Assembly: GCF_963921235.1 (NCBI RefSeq)
Contig: NC_086118.1
Span: forward strand, 27,592,001-27,656,000
Direction of reading: 5' to 3'
Origin: Mobula hypostoma
Taxonomy: Eukaryota
DNA length: 64,000 nucleotides
Numbering within the stretch: position 1 is the first letter of the stretch; every line of letters starts with the position of its first letter. Below are positions 13,205 through 25,744 of the stretch, one piece after another. The position numbers and the translations under genes were made by a program. The notes under the pieces were generated by a model. It did no database searches. It saw only the letters and a list, made by a program, of their open reading frames with translations, and was not told the origin of the DNA.

Positions 13205-15975
13205 CATAGAAACATAGAAACATAGAAAATAGGTGCAGGACTAGGCCATTCGGCCCTTCGAGCCTGCACCGCCATTTATTATGATCATGGCTGATCATCC
13301 AACTCAGAACCCTGCCCCAGCCTTCCCTCCATACCCCCTGACCCCTGTAGCCACAAGGGCCATATCTAACTCCCTCTTAAACATAGCCAATGAACTGGCC
13401 TCAACAGTTTCCTGTGGCAGAGAATTCCACAGATTCACCACTCTCTGTGTGAAGAAGTTTTTCCTAATCTCGGTCCTAAAAGGCTTCTCCTCTATCCTCA
13501 AACTGTGACCCCTCGTTCTGGACTTCCCCAACATTGGGAACAATCTTCCTGCATCTAGCCTGTCCAATCCCTTTAGGATCTTATATGTTTCAATCAGATC
13601 CCCCCTCAATCTTCTAAATTCCAACGAGTACAAGCCCAGTTCATCCAGTCTTTCTTCATATGAAAGTCCGGCCATCCCAGGAATCAATCTGGTGAACCTT
13701 CTTTGTACTCCCTCTATGGCAAAGATGTCTTTCCTCAGATTAGGTGACCAAAACTGCACACAATACTCCAGGTGTGGTCTCACCAAGGCCTTGTACAACT
13801 GCAGTAGTACCTCCCTGCTCCTGTACTCGAATCCTCTCGCTATAAATGCCAGCATACCATTCGCCTTTTTCACCGCCTGCTGTACCTGCATGCCCACTTT
13901 CAATGACTGGTGTATAATGACACCCAGGTCTCGTTGCACCTCCCCTTTTCCTAATCGGCCACCATTCAGATAATAATCTGTTTTCCTATTTTTGCCACCA
14001 AAGTGGATAACTTCACATTTATCCACATTAAATTGCATCTGCCATGAGTTTGCCCACTCACCCAACCTATCCAAGTCACCCTGCATCCTCTTAGCATCCT
14101 CCTCACTGCTAACACTGCCACCCAGCTTCGTGTCATCTGCAAACTTGGAGATGCTGCATTTAATTCCCTCATCCAAGTCATTAATATATATTGTAAACAA
14201 CTGGGGTCCCAGCACTGAGCCTTGCGGTACCCCACTAGTCACCGCCTGCCATTCTGAAAAGGTCCCGTTTATTCCCACTCTTTGCTTCCTGTCTGCTAAC
14301 CAATTCTCCACCCACACCAATACCTTACCCCCAATACCGTGTGCTTTAAGTTTGCACACTAATCTCCTGTGTGGGACCTTGTCAAAAGCCTTTTGAAAAT
14401 CCAAATATACCACATCCACTGGTTCTCCCCTATCCACTCCACTAGTTACATCCTCAAAAAATTCTATGAGATTCGTCAGACATGATTTTCCTTTCACAAA
14501 TCCATGCTGACTTTGTCCGATCATTTCACCGCTTTCCAAATGTGCTGTTATCACATCCTTGATAACTGACTCCAGCAGTTTCCCCACCACCGACGTTAGG
14601 CTAACGGGTCTATAATTCCCCGGTTTCTCTCTCCCTCCTTTTTTAAAAAGTGGGGTTACATTAGCCACCCTCCAATCTTCAGGAACTAGTCCAGAATCTA
14701 ACGAGTTTTGAAAAATTATCACTAATGCATCTACTATTTCTTGGGCTACTTCCTTAAGCACTCTAGGATGCAGACCATCTGGCCCTGGGGATTTATCTGC
14801 CTTCAATCCCTTCAATTTACCTAACACCACTTCCATACTAACATGTATTTCACTCAGTTCCTCCATCTCACTGGACCCTCTGTCCCTTACTATTTCTGGA
14901 AGATTATTTATGTCCTCCTTAGTGAAGACAGAACCAAAGTAATTATTCAATTGGTCTGCCATGTCCTTGCTCCCCATAATCAATTCGCCTGTTTCTGTCT
15001 GCAGGGGACCTACATTTGTCTTTACCAGTCTTCTCCTTTTTACATATCTATAAAAGCTTTTACAGTCCGTTTTTATGTTTCCCGCCAGTTTTCTCTCATA
15101 ATCTTTTTACCCCTTCCTAATTAAGCCCTTTGTCCTCCTCTGCTGAACTCTGAATTTCTCCCAGTCCTCAGGTGAGCCACTTTCTCTGGCTAATTTGTAT
15201 GCTACTTCTTTGGAATTGATACTATCCCTAATTTCTCTTGTCAGCCACGGGTGCACTACCTTCCTTGATTTATTCTTTTGCCAAACTGGGATGAACAATT
15301 GTTGTAGTTCATCTATGCAACCTTTAAATGCTTGCCATTGCATATCCACCGTCAATCCTTTAAGTGTCATTTGCCAGTCTATCTTAGCTAATTCATGTCT
15401 CATACCTTCAAAGTTACCCCTCTTTAAGTTCAGAACCTTTGTTTCTGAATTAACTATGTCACTTTCCATATTAATGAAGAATTCCACCATATTATGGTCA
15501 CTCTTACCCAAGAGGCCTCTGACGACAAGATCGCTAATTAACCCTTCCTCATTGCTCAAAACCCAATCCAGAATAGCCTGCTCTCTAGTCGGTTCCTTGA
15601 CAGGTTGGTTCAAAAAACCATCCTGCATACATTCCAAGAAATCCTCTTCCTCAGCACCTTTACCAATTTGGTTCACCCAATCTACATGAAGATTGAAGTC
15701 ACCCATTATAACTGCTGTTCCTTTATTGCACAGATTTCTAATTTCCTGTTTAATACCATCTCCGACCTCACTACTACTGTTAGGTGGCCTGTACACAACT
15801 CCCACCAGCGTCTTCTGCCCCTTAGTGTTATGCAGCTCTACCCATATCGATTCCACATCTTCCCGGTTTATGTCCTTCCTTTCTATTGCGTTAATCTCTT
15901 CTTTAACCAGCAACGCCACCCCACCTCCCCTTCCTTCATGTCTATCCCTCCTGAATATTGAATATCCCTGAATGT
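13205..15975 (-). mobile_element. Young CR1 LINE, 5'-truncated inside the endonuclease
   Basis: (CATAGAAA)n tail at 13205. ORF2 has EN motifs 'GVVYRPP', 'VIMGDFN', 'SDHN' and RT motifs 'GVPQGSVLGP', 'KFADDTKL'. Confidence 0.97.
13304..15975 (-). pseudogene. CR1 ORF2 (APE endonuclease + reverse transcriptase) with one in-frame nonsense codon
   Basis: ORFs 15107-16015 and 13304-14983 are in the same frame. The intervening 41 codons (KDYERKLAGNIKTDCKSFYRYVKRRRLVKTNVGPLQTETGE) are open, and only the TAA at 15107-15109 interrupts. Confidence 0.9.
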
Positions 15976-17424
15976 CAAATATCCTTACATAAGCAAATTT
16001 GACAGTGACTGTCAAATATCCTTACATAAGCAAATTTTCTTTCCTCTCTTCTGACAAATACACTGGACTGTGAAGCTGAGCTCCACAGAGAACAATGACT
16101 GAGTACAACCAGCTAGGAGAAGTTGCCTATGCGTGTAATGTTTGTGTATAACAACATTTATTAAGTGGGCAGATTATAATGAAAATTACTGTGCAATATT
16201 AAGATGAAGAATCTTATTGCCCAATTTTGACCTGAGTGCTCAAGCTAACGCTATGAATTCAATTTACTCAGAAGACCCAGAATTTACCCCACCTTTGCCG
16301 TTCAGGGATTACAAATATTTGTTGGTGATTGATTTAGACTCTAAAGAGTAATGTCAAATGTTATTATTTTGCCAGAAGGCGTAGAGGTATTGGAGAACTA
16401 CAGTGACTGGTTTTATAAAAGGAAGTGTGGATATGCAAAACAAAGGAAAAACGTTTGATGCTTGAGAGAGAAACAATTAATGTTTCCGGTAGAAGAGCCT
16501 TTGTCAGCAGTAAGTACTTTGAACCATTATATTCAGTGTCACAGGGGGCATTTTTAGAATGTGATCTGTGCAAAATCACTGCTCATTAGCTGCGCAATGT
16601 CACAGTGAGAATGTGCTGCCTTGAATTTTCAACATAACAATGGGTGTAGCATGCAGAGTGATTTGGTAACAATTCCTCAAGGAGTACAGCATGATTAGAA
16701 AGAGGAGGAGGGAAGTACAGTATGTGGCAATCTGAAGAAATTGCCACACACTGTTTGTCTTTTGCAGGGAACAAAACACAAGGACTCCAAGATTTTTAGT
16801 AGGATAGGATGTAAGCACCTGAGCTCACATTGTGCTGTTGGTATCATATTTATTGAAACATTCCATAACCACGAGCATTATGATGGCACTGTCCTTTATC
16901 TATTTTACAATCTGCCATCAATAGCTATCATGTCATACCAATAGGAAGGACAACAGGCGTTCAGTCATTACCCGGATCTGAGTGCAAAGTGCAGCAAGAG
17001 ACAAATTGCCATAATTCAACCTCCACATGCAATCCATTGGTGCATTCGAACCTCTGCTGCATTGACTACACTAAAGATGTTGGAGCAAGTCTCCAAATCT
17101 CCTATTTTATAGCACTCAGCCTGGTATTATGTTGGCTCAGCCTGTTGCTAGCAATTGCAACACGAGGTAGAGGAGCGAACTAGGAGAAGAAGGAGCAAAT
17201 CGAGAAAGAAGAATAGGAAGAAAGAAATGAAGCAAGGCAGCAAAGACAAGACGACCTCTCTGGGGGTAGCCCTTCAGGGATTACAAATATTTTTTAGTGA
17301 TGGATTTAGACTCTAAAGAGTAATGTCAAATGTTAGCAGTTTGCCAGAAATACTAAAATTTGGTTGGATACAGTCACAAGTTGATAGGTCTGTCATTTTA
17401 AGGAAAATTAAAAAAAAGAACAAA

Positions 17425-18140
17425 ATATAAGAGATTCTGCGGATGCTGGAAATCTAGAGCAACACATTCAAAATGCTGGAGGAATCAGAAGGTCAGATAG
17501 CATCTAGCAAAATGAATAAGCAGTCGACTTTTGGGGCAAAGGACTGGAAGGACGAAGAAGTTAGAATAAGAAGGTGAAGGGAAGGGAAGGAGTACAAGCT
17601 AGAAGGTGATAGGTGAAGCCAGGAGAGGGAGAAGGTGCATGGGTGGGCAAAGGGGGCGGGATTGAATTGAGGAGCTGGGATGTGATAGGTGGAAAAGGTA
17701 AAGGGCTGAAGCAGAAGGAATATGACTGAACCAATGAAGAAAGGGAAGTGAGGAGGACACCAGGGGAGGGTGATAGGCAAGTGAAAGAAAAAAAAAATTG
17801 TAGATGCAAATGCTGGAAATCTAAAATAAAAGCAAATCCTGGAAAAACTTGGTTGGTGATGTAGCACCCGCAGAAAGGGAAACAACATTAAAGTTTCAGG
17901 TTTAAGGCCATTTGTCAGAAATCTTTTATTGTTAATCTGAAATGTTAATCCTGGTTATCTCCACAGATTTAGAACACCTGTACCCAGTCTCCAGACGTCG
18001 ACATCTTCCTTTTGTCTGCCATGTTACTTCTCTATCTCATTCCCATTCAGACCAATCTGTGTGTGGTCTCTTGCACAGTTGCAATAAGGCACAATGCAAG
18101 CCTGAGAGGCAATTCGTCATCATCAGCCTGGGCAAGGTGT
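17425..18140. mobile_element. PLE terminal fragments (two families, partly inverted)
   Basis: 'gattctgcggatgctggaaatctagagcaacac...tgctggagga' (minus-strand pLTR), then an older inverted pair 'gatgcaaatgctggaaatc...ctgaaatgttaat'. Confidence 0.6.
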
Positions 18141-18163
18141 AAAATTTATCTGATTTCCTATTG

Positions 18164-19209
18164 CAGTAAACAAAATTCTGGAGGAAATCAGTGGGTAGGA
18201 CAGCGTCTATGGGGAGAAATGGCTAGTTGAAGTTTTGGATTGAGAGCCTTCATCAGGACTGCAAAGAAAGAGGAGAGATTGCCAGTATAAAAAGATGGAG
18301 AGAGGAAGAGGTAAGTAGAAGTGACAAAGGGATGGGGAAGATGGAATCTGATAGAATAGGACTGTGGACTATGGAATAAAAGGAATGAGGAGGGGAAGCA
18401 AAGGTAGGAATATGTGGATAATGGGCAGATCAACAGGGTGGGTGAGAGGCCTGTAAGATAAGAAAATACAAAGGGGAGGACAGGGGAGAGGTGGTTACTG
18501 CAAGCTAAATAAACTGATCTTCATGCCATCTGGTTTGAGACTATGAAGGCAGAATATGAGGTGCTGACCCCTATAAGTGGTGCCTAGCTACAACTTGGCA
18601 GTTGAGACAGCCATAGTCAGACATGTTGATGAGGGAATGGGAAGTGGAACCATAATGATTGGCCACTGGAAATCCTGGGTGTTATGGCAGACGGAGCAAC
18701 GGTGCTCGACAAAGTGACTTCCCCCAATCTGGTCAACGTTTCTTGGGGTAGAAAAGACCACAATGGAACACTGGATGCATCAAATGACACAAGTAGATCC
18801 ACGTTTAACGGACAGCCTCATCTGGAAGGACCATTTAGGGCCCTGAATGGTGGTGAGGGAGGAGGTGTACATTCCTCCCTCTGGGTCCACTACTCACCTC
18901 CTTTCCTATATTCCATGGTCTACTGTCCTCTCTTATCAGATTCCATCTTCTTAAGCCCTTTGTCACATCCTGTTATTTCCTCCTTTTTCAACCCCCTCCT
19001 CACTCTACCTATATATCATACCCCCTCACTTGGATTCACCTATCACTTGCCAGCCGTACTCCACCATTCCCCACACCTTTTGATGCTGGTTCTCTACTCT
19101 GTTACTTTCTAGCTTGAATGAAATGTCTCAAACCAACATTTCAGCTCTCCATTTCCCTCTGTAGATGCTGGCCTAACCTGCTGAGTCCCTCCAGCTAAAG
19201 ATTTCCAGC
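18164..19209. mobile_element. Fold-back PLE insertion (minus copy with GIY-YIG remnant joined to plus pLTR copy) with 10-bp TSD
   Basis: Minus PLE ~18164-18870 and plus PLE 3' ~18870-19209. TSD tttcctattg at 18154-18163 and 19210-19219. Confidence 0.7.
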
Positions 19210-19909
19210 TTTCCTATTGTTACGTTACTGCTACCTGAAAGAAAGAAATATAAGATATTAAAGTGATAAATTATGGAGCAAAAATATGAAGCGCATGCTT
19301 AAAACTAACTGTGGCCTATAATCAGAAGAGATTGTGGGATTAGCAGGAAGTGTGTGCAAGGCGATTAGTGTGGATGATTAGTTGCGAGGACGATTAGTAC
19401 CAGCTGGTTACTGGAATGTGTCTGCAGTACAAATTTAATGTGTTGCCTCCGCTAAACCAAAATGCATGGGTAAATCAATCATTATGATCCCAGGGCACAT
19501 TTTCCAGCACAATCCACTTCAATGCTTTCTTGCTTTAAATTAAATTCTGAATCATTGTTGGCATGTTCATTTATTTTATATGCCACATTTGAGATCATCT
19601 GGGGCCAAAGACAGCAGGTCAAATTAAATATTAGATCAAAGTCAAAAATCAATTTCAACTGTGTGTTATTAGGTCAGCTCCTCATTTCAAAGTAGTTGGA
19701 AGCCTGAGTCTGAGATAAGGGTTAAAATATTAAGTGTCTTTTAAGAACAATGGTGTTCTGTTACTGCACATAATGAACCCTGGGCATCAATCTCCTGCCT
19801 GGTCAACGTTCTCTTTCACCTGCTTCTACAACTTACCTAATTGCTCTGGACATTTCCTGCTGCTCCTGTCAGTTGCGTTGTCAAGATGCCACACACAGCA
19901 CCATAGGCA

Positions 19910-20050
19910 TAACTAGATTATCTGTTTTAGGTGTTGGATGGAGATGTTAAATATTAGCCATGAGACCAGGGCACAGTCCTTCTCTCCTTCAACGTAGTGC
20001 TGGGCATCCTTTACATCTAGTGATATTGGCAGACCGGATCTTGGTTTAAT
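19910..20050 (-). mobile_element. Deu-domain SINE remnant (AmnSINE1/SacSINE1-like)
   Basis: 'agattatctgtttt...aaatattagcca.gagaccaggg...cttcaacgtagtgctggg.atcctttacatc...ggcagaccggatcttggtttaatgtc..atttgaaaga' resembles the reverse complement of the Deu core as I recall it. Confidence 0.6.
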
Positions 20051-20849
20051 GTCTAATTTGAAAGATCTGCTGCGTTATCCCAGCAGATTTTGCCACGAGA
20101 TGAAAATCAGGGATTGAATCAGTCCTCTCTCTGACATATTATTGCATTGAATTAGTGAAGGTAGAACTTTCTTTTAGTTCTCCTACCTGCTGCTGCAAAT
20201 TCTGTGGAGCTTGACCATGGAACATTAAACTAACAGTTTGATTCAGCCACGTGTCATGATGAAGAACGAAAACTATTAAATTGCTTCCGATGTCAGTTAA
20301 TTGAAGATAGTTTCAAGGACTTATGTCATAGTCCAGTAACTTAACCCACTGCTCTACCCTCTGGGAGAAGCACAAAAAAATTATGTTATGCTAGAGAGCA
20401 GACGCCAAGGGAAATACAAATGTAGGATGTGAATTCCTTCTTGGTGTGAAGCTGTTTCCTACCACAGTGGGAGTTATATCAGGTGTAAATTATTTTTTGG
20501 AGCTTTGGAATGTGACTCTGGGAATGCCATGGGAACAAGGATTATGTTTTAGCCAGCAGCTGAAATTGATCTGCCTTTGATCTGAAAGGCGGGGCAGTAT
20601 AAATCTTGCAATAAACGTTTTGGAAGCCGCTTAGAAAGAGTGAATCTTTAGTAGCTGATTAGAGAGCATTTATGCCTCAATAACAAGCAGCCAAATAGCT
20701 TCTTGGCAAGTGATTATTATTGTAGGAGGAAATATAATCAGACAGTGATGGTGTGAAATTTTGAAGCCAAAGACTTACGGAATTTGCAACAATTCTGTGC
20801 ACTTGTTTTACTGCATATCACAAATGAAGTTTTTTTAAAACAAATAAAT

Positions 20850-21960
20850 CTCATCATCATCATCATTATATGTGAGTAGTATGACATGAGCAATCATGGT
20901 CCCATGACTATGATTGCTCTCGGCAATTTTTTCTATGGAAGTAGTTCGCCATTGCCTTCTTCTGGACAGTGTCTTTACAGCATATAACCATATAACAATT
21001 ACAGCACGGAAGCAGGCCATCTCAGCCCTTCTAGTCCATGCCGAACTCTTACTCTCACCTAGTCCCACCGACCTGCACTCAGCCCATGACCCTCATTTCC
21101 TGTCCATATATCTATCCAATTTAACTTTAAATGACAACATCGAACCTGCCTTAACCACTTCTACTGGAAGCTTGTTCCACACAGCTACCACTCTCTGAGT
21201 AAAGAAGTTCCCCCTCGTGTTACCCCTAAACTTTTGCCCTTTAACTCTCAACTCATGTCCTCTTGTTTGAATCCCCTCCCACTCTCAATGGAAAAAGCCT
21301 ATCCACGTCAACTCTGTCTATCCCCCTCATAATTTTAAATACCTCTATCAAGCCCCCCCTCAACCTTCTACGCTCCAAAGAATAAAGACCTAACATGTTC
21401 AACCTTTCTCTGTAACTTAGGTGCTGCAACCCAGGTAACATTTTAGTAAATCTCCTCAGTACTCTCTCAATTTTATTGACATCTTTCTTATAATTCGGTG
21501 ACCAGAACTGTACACAATACTCCAAATGGGTGACCCCAGCCATTATCTTTTTCAATATTTTTCATTAATTTTCTACATAGGAGAAAAAAATAACTATTAA
21601 AAATTACTATATTTCAATATTATGAATTAATCAATTTGTATGAATATAGAGTAAGGAGTCTGTATGTGCGATTCAGTATGATGTACTTGATATACGGTAT
21701 TTCTTTTTTCTTGAACCCAGCCATTATCAAAACTTTTCAGAGCTTATCTGCCTGGCATCAGCGGTCGCATAACCAGTTCTTGTGATGTGCACCAGCTGCT
21801 CATATGGGCATCCACCACCTGCACCCATGGCTTCATGTGACCCTGGTGAGGTGCTAAACAGGGGCTACAGATTGTCCAAGAGTGACCTGCAGGCTCGAAG
21901 GGGGAAAGAGCACCTTACACTTCCTTTGTTAGAGATGAATCTTCACCCTGCCACCCAAAA
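20850..21960 (-). mobile_element. SINE-like repeat hosting a CR1 3' fragment (~20980-21526, minus) and a short A-tailed insertion (21548-21715)
   Basis: The host reads continuously across both inserts when compared with the 1022-1245 copy. CR1 ORF 'LEYCVQFWSPNYKKDVNKIERV'. TSD cccagccattatc at 21535-21547 and 21716-21728. Confidence 0.8.
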
Positions 21961-22264
21961 AATAAACAATAAACCATTTCAAATAGCCCAAATATGGATG
22001 TAAAGCACTGCCAATGTCACAGTTGATATTGTCATATACACTGCAGGCTGGCAGTGTTTACTCCAGTTGCTTGTTTGCTACTCATTTATATCATGGATGC
22101 AGAAAAGTGTATTATTTTCCCAGAAGAACAATGTTCAAATGCAAAGCTTTTAAGAAACTGATTAAATTATTAGTTCCTTAAAAACAAATGGAAATAATCT
22201 GACAATTCTTTGAAATGATTTTACACACCAGTAAATACATATACCAGTCCTCATCAAGGGAACA

Positions 22265-23545
22265 GCAGTGGAAAGAGCGAGCAGTTTCAAGTTTCTAGAT
22301 GCCAATGTCTCTGAAGATCTATCCTAGGCTCAACATATTGATGCAATTGCAAAGGAGGCATGAGAGTGGCGGGAGGAGAGAAAGCAGCGCGCCGCGCGTG
22401 CGCAGCCCTCCTGTGAAAAATGATATCGTATCCGTTAAATAGGGGCTGTGGACAATTCTGATTTGATGGTGTGGGACATGAAAGCACAGAGGAACAGCTG
22501 GAGAAATTTCTGAAATGCTCGTTCGCTGCTGTCGTTACTGAGTGGTCGGGAATCTTCCGGAGGGTAGGCCTCAAAATCCCCGGCTTTGCCTGCTGTTGGC
22601 AACCGAGATTCAGGTCGAATTGTTCAGACAGAGATGGCGCTCAGTACTCGGTGTTGGAGAGCTGATCGGAGGCTCGAAGTTTTCGGATGACTGAGAGTCG
22701 GATTGTGGTTGGGCATGGCAGGGAGGAGTTTTTCTTCCTTCTCCCGTCTGTGTGAGATGTGGGACATTTGAGAGACTTCGAACTTTTTACTGTGGTCATG
22801 GACTTCTTCATCAAGTTATGGTATTGTTGCACTTTGTAACTATATGTTATAATTACGTGGTTTTGTCAGTTTTTTCAGTCTTGGTCTGTCCTGTGTTTTG
22901 TGATATCACACCAGAGGAAATATTGTATCATTTCTTAATGCGTGCATTACTAAATGACAATAAAAGAGGACTGCGTGTCTTCATAATCTAATATTTTGTT
23001 TGGGGAGTTTGAGGAGATTTAGTATATCACCAAAGACTATCGCAAATTTCTACAGACACAGCATGGAAAAGATCCAAGCTGGTTGTATCACCAACTGGTA
23101 TGGAGGGGCCACTGTGCGGGATCAGAAAAAGCTGCAGGAAGCTTTAACCTGAGCCAGTTCTATCAGAGCATTAGCCTCTCAGAATTGACGACACCTTCAA
23201 AAGGCAATGCCTGGAAAAGGTGGCATCCATCATCAAGGACCCCCATCACCCAGTTCATACCCTCTTCATTGCTAATATCAAGGAGGAGGTATAGGAACCC
23301 GGCGACACACACTCATTGTATCAGGAACAGTTTCTTCCTCTCTGACATCAGATTTCTGAAATGACAATACACCCAACAACACTACCTCAGTATTTTTTTC
23401 TTTATTGTACTACTTATTTAATTAAATTTTCTTTTTTTACATATTTGTTGTAAATTATAGATTTTATTATGTATTGCAATGCACTGGTGCCGCAAAACAA
23501 CAAATTTCATGACATATGCCAGTGATATTAAACATGATTCTGATA
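22265..23545 (+). mobile_element. Rex1/Babar LINE 3' fragment interrupted by a ~620-bp insertion (22371-22990)
   Basis: Remnant 'QHIDAIAK.A..|..LRRF.ISPKTIANFYR...E.I.AGCITNWYG' and tail 'attaaacatgattctgat'. Confidence 0.75.
22371..22990 (+). mobile_element. CpG-rich non-coding retroposon-like insertion
   Basis: Sharp switch to CpG-rich sequence inside Rex1, ending 'acaataaaagaggactgcgtgtcttcataatcta'. Confidence 0.6.
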
Positions 23546-24769
23546 CTACTCTTCTTTAATAGATGCATAGATCACTCAAACCATGCCAAAACAATTCCCA
23601 CAATTCAATTTCTTTAAAGTACAGATTCATTCATTATTTAAGCAAGCATGACAAAGATTTTCTGCATTCTAAGTAAACATTGACGGTGGTATGCTGCACA
23701 ATTTGTTCCTTTATGCATGGCTTTTTCTCCATAATGCTTACTGAATCAAGTATTAATCCACTTCAAATAAAATAATTGTTTGTTCTATAGATTGCCTGAC
23801 AGGAATTGCAGAAAAAGGATGGTAAATACCATTGAATAACTGAACCTGTGTCTGGAACAGGGGTAAACAAGAGAAAACCAATGGACTGCAAGTACAAGAA
23901 GAGGCGAGCGAGCAAGAAAATCAATATTCCATTTGCAAGCCTCTCTCAGGGTGATCTTGCGTCTTTGTGAGCACACTGTTGTGACGTTGAATGAGTCAAA
24001 CAGAGACCAAATCTATAGATGTAAAAGGTCAATATTTGGTAATAGTCGACATTTGGTAGGTGACTTGATGGAGGAATTGCCTACTGGAATCTATCAGTGG
24101 AATCTTTAAAAAAATCTCTCTGAAGAAACTCCCTAAACTGAAAGTACTGTACATTGAGTTTTGAGACAAAGCTAAACATGTTTAAACACAAAGCTAATAA
24201 TGGGAAATTAAATATATTTCCAATAGTTACAATTACATAGATTATTTCAATTTTTTTTAGTGTAGGCAAGTGGTTCCGTGAAATTGCTCAATTACAAAGA
24301 GAGCACATCTCAACTGAAAAGAACGCATTGGAATATTAAGGCTGGCTGTGTAATGACATCCACACTGGACTTTGAGGCAAGTGGTTCTGGGTTTGAATTC
24401 TGTTGATTCCTTGCACACCTTCCATCTGTGCTGGGTTGAGTGTCAAGCTAGCAATACAGCCTTGTAATAAACAGGCGGAAGTCTAAAGAAATGGCAAGTT
24501 GCTGCCTGATCTGCTACAATGCATAGAAAGGAACAACAATTTTTCCATGAGTTGGAAATCATTGATTATATCAGTCCTCTGTCTACCACATTATTGCATT
24601 TAATTAGTAAAGGTAGAATGAATTGGAACATTAAGGCACCTGTGTTGGCAATCTTGACACCTAACTAGCCTTCTTCAACAAGAATGGCTCTCCAATTGCA
24701 CAAACACCTCAAATATTGACTGAACAAAAATGTCTTTTTTTTTATTATGGCTCGCTAATAAGCTTTGAT

Positions 24770-25710
24770 CAGGGACCTTATGGCAGAGGAACCCTGAGGA
24801 GACAGTGATTATAATAATACACAATTTGTCCTGCAGTTTGAGAAGAAGAAGATAAAGTCAGATGTATTAGTGTTACAGTGGTGTAAAAGGAATTGAGGAG
24901 GGATGAGAGAGAAACCAGCCAATGTTGATTGGAAGGGGACACTAGCAGAGATGACTGTAGAACAGCAATGGCTGGAGCTTCTGAGGGCAATTGGGAAGGG
25001 GCAGGATAGGTACATCCCAAAGTTGAAGAAGTATCCAAAAGGGTGGGTGAGGCAACCATGGCTGCCAAGGGAAGTCAAAGACAGCATAAAGGGAAATGAG
25101 AGGGTATCTAATATAGCACATTATACGCCAATGAGTTGGAAGATGGAATTGATGGCTTTGTGGCCAAGTTTGTGGATGATACGGAGGTAGGTGGAAGGGT
25201 GGGTAGCTTAGAGGAAATAGGAAGTCAGCAAATGGACAGACAGATTGGGAGAATGGGCAACGAAGTGGCAAATGGAATATAGTGTTGGGAAGTGTATGAT
25301 CATGCACTTTAGTAGAAGAGATAATGCCATGGACTATTTTATAAATAGGGAGAATATTAAGAAATCAGAAGTGTAAACTGACTTGAGAGTCCTTGCAGGT
25401 TGAATTGGTAGTAAGGAAGGCACGTGCAATGGTAGCATTCATTTCAAGAGGTCTAGAAGATGTAAACAATGGTGTAATGCTGAGGCTTTCTAACGTAATG
25501 GTCAGACTGCACTTTTGTGAGCAGCTTTTTTGCCCCTTATGTAAGAAAGGTTGTGCTGACATTGGAGAGTGTCCAGAGGAGTTTCACGAGAATGATTCCA
25601 GGAATGAAAGGGTTAACATATGTATGAGGTTCTGGGCTTGTGCTCACTGGAGTTTAAAAGAATGAGGGAGATTTCATTAAAACCTAATAAATATTGAAAG
25701 GCCCAATACG
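24770..25710 (+). mobile_element. Degraded CR1 LINE with internal deletions
   Basis: Remnants 'VDWKGTLAEMTVEQQW...QPWL.REVKDSIK', 'KFVDDTEVGG' and 'VVRKARAMVAFISRGLE'. Confidence 0.8.
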
Positions 25711-25744
25711 AATAGAATAAAGAATCAGCAATTGAACAAGTTGG

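Noticed and set aside
13304..14983. 559-aa reverse transcriptase ORF as a novel RT system (retron, DGR or similar) or a host gene
   Set aside because: It is ordinary CR1 ORF2, with the upstream APE endonuclease and the CR1 3' microsatellite tail.
16960..17270. Possible Harbinger transposase remnant (CIDYT) and purine-rich coding-like tract
   Set aside because: The match is only a few residues and no consistent frame supports it.
23880..23970. Short basic ORF MDCKYKKRRASKKINIPF...
   Set aside because: It is only 29 codons with no splice or homology support.
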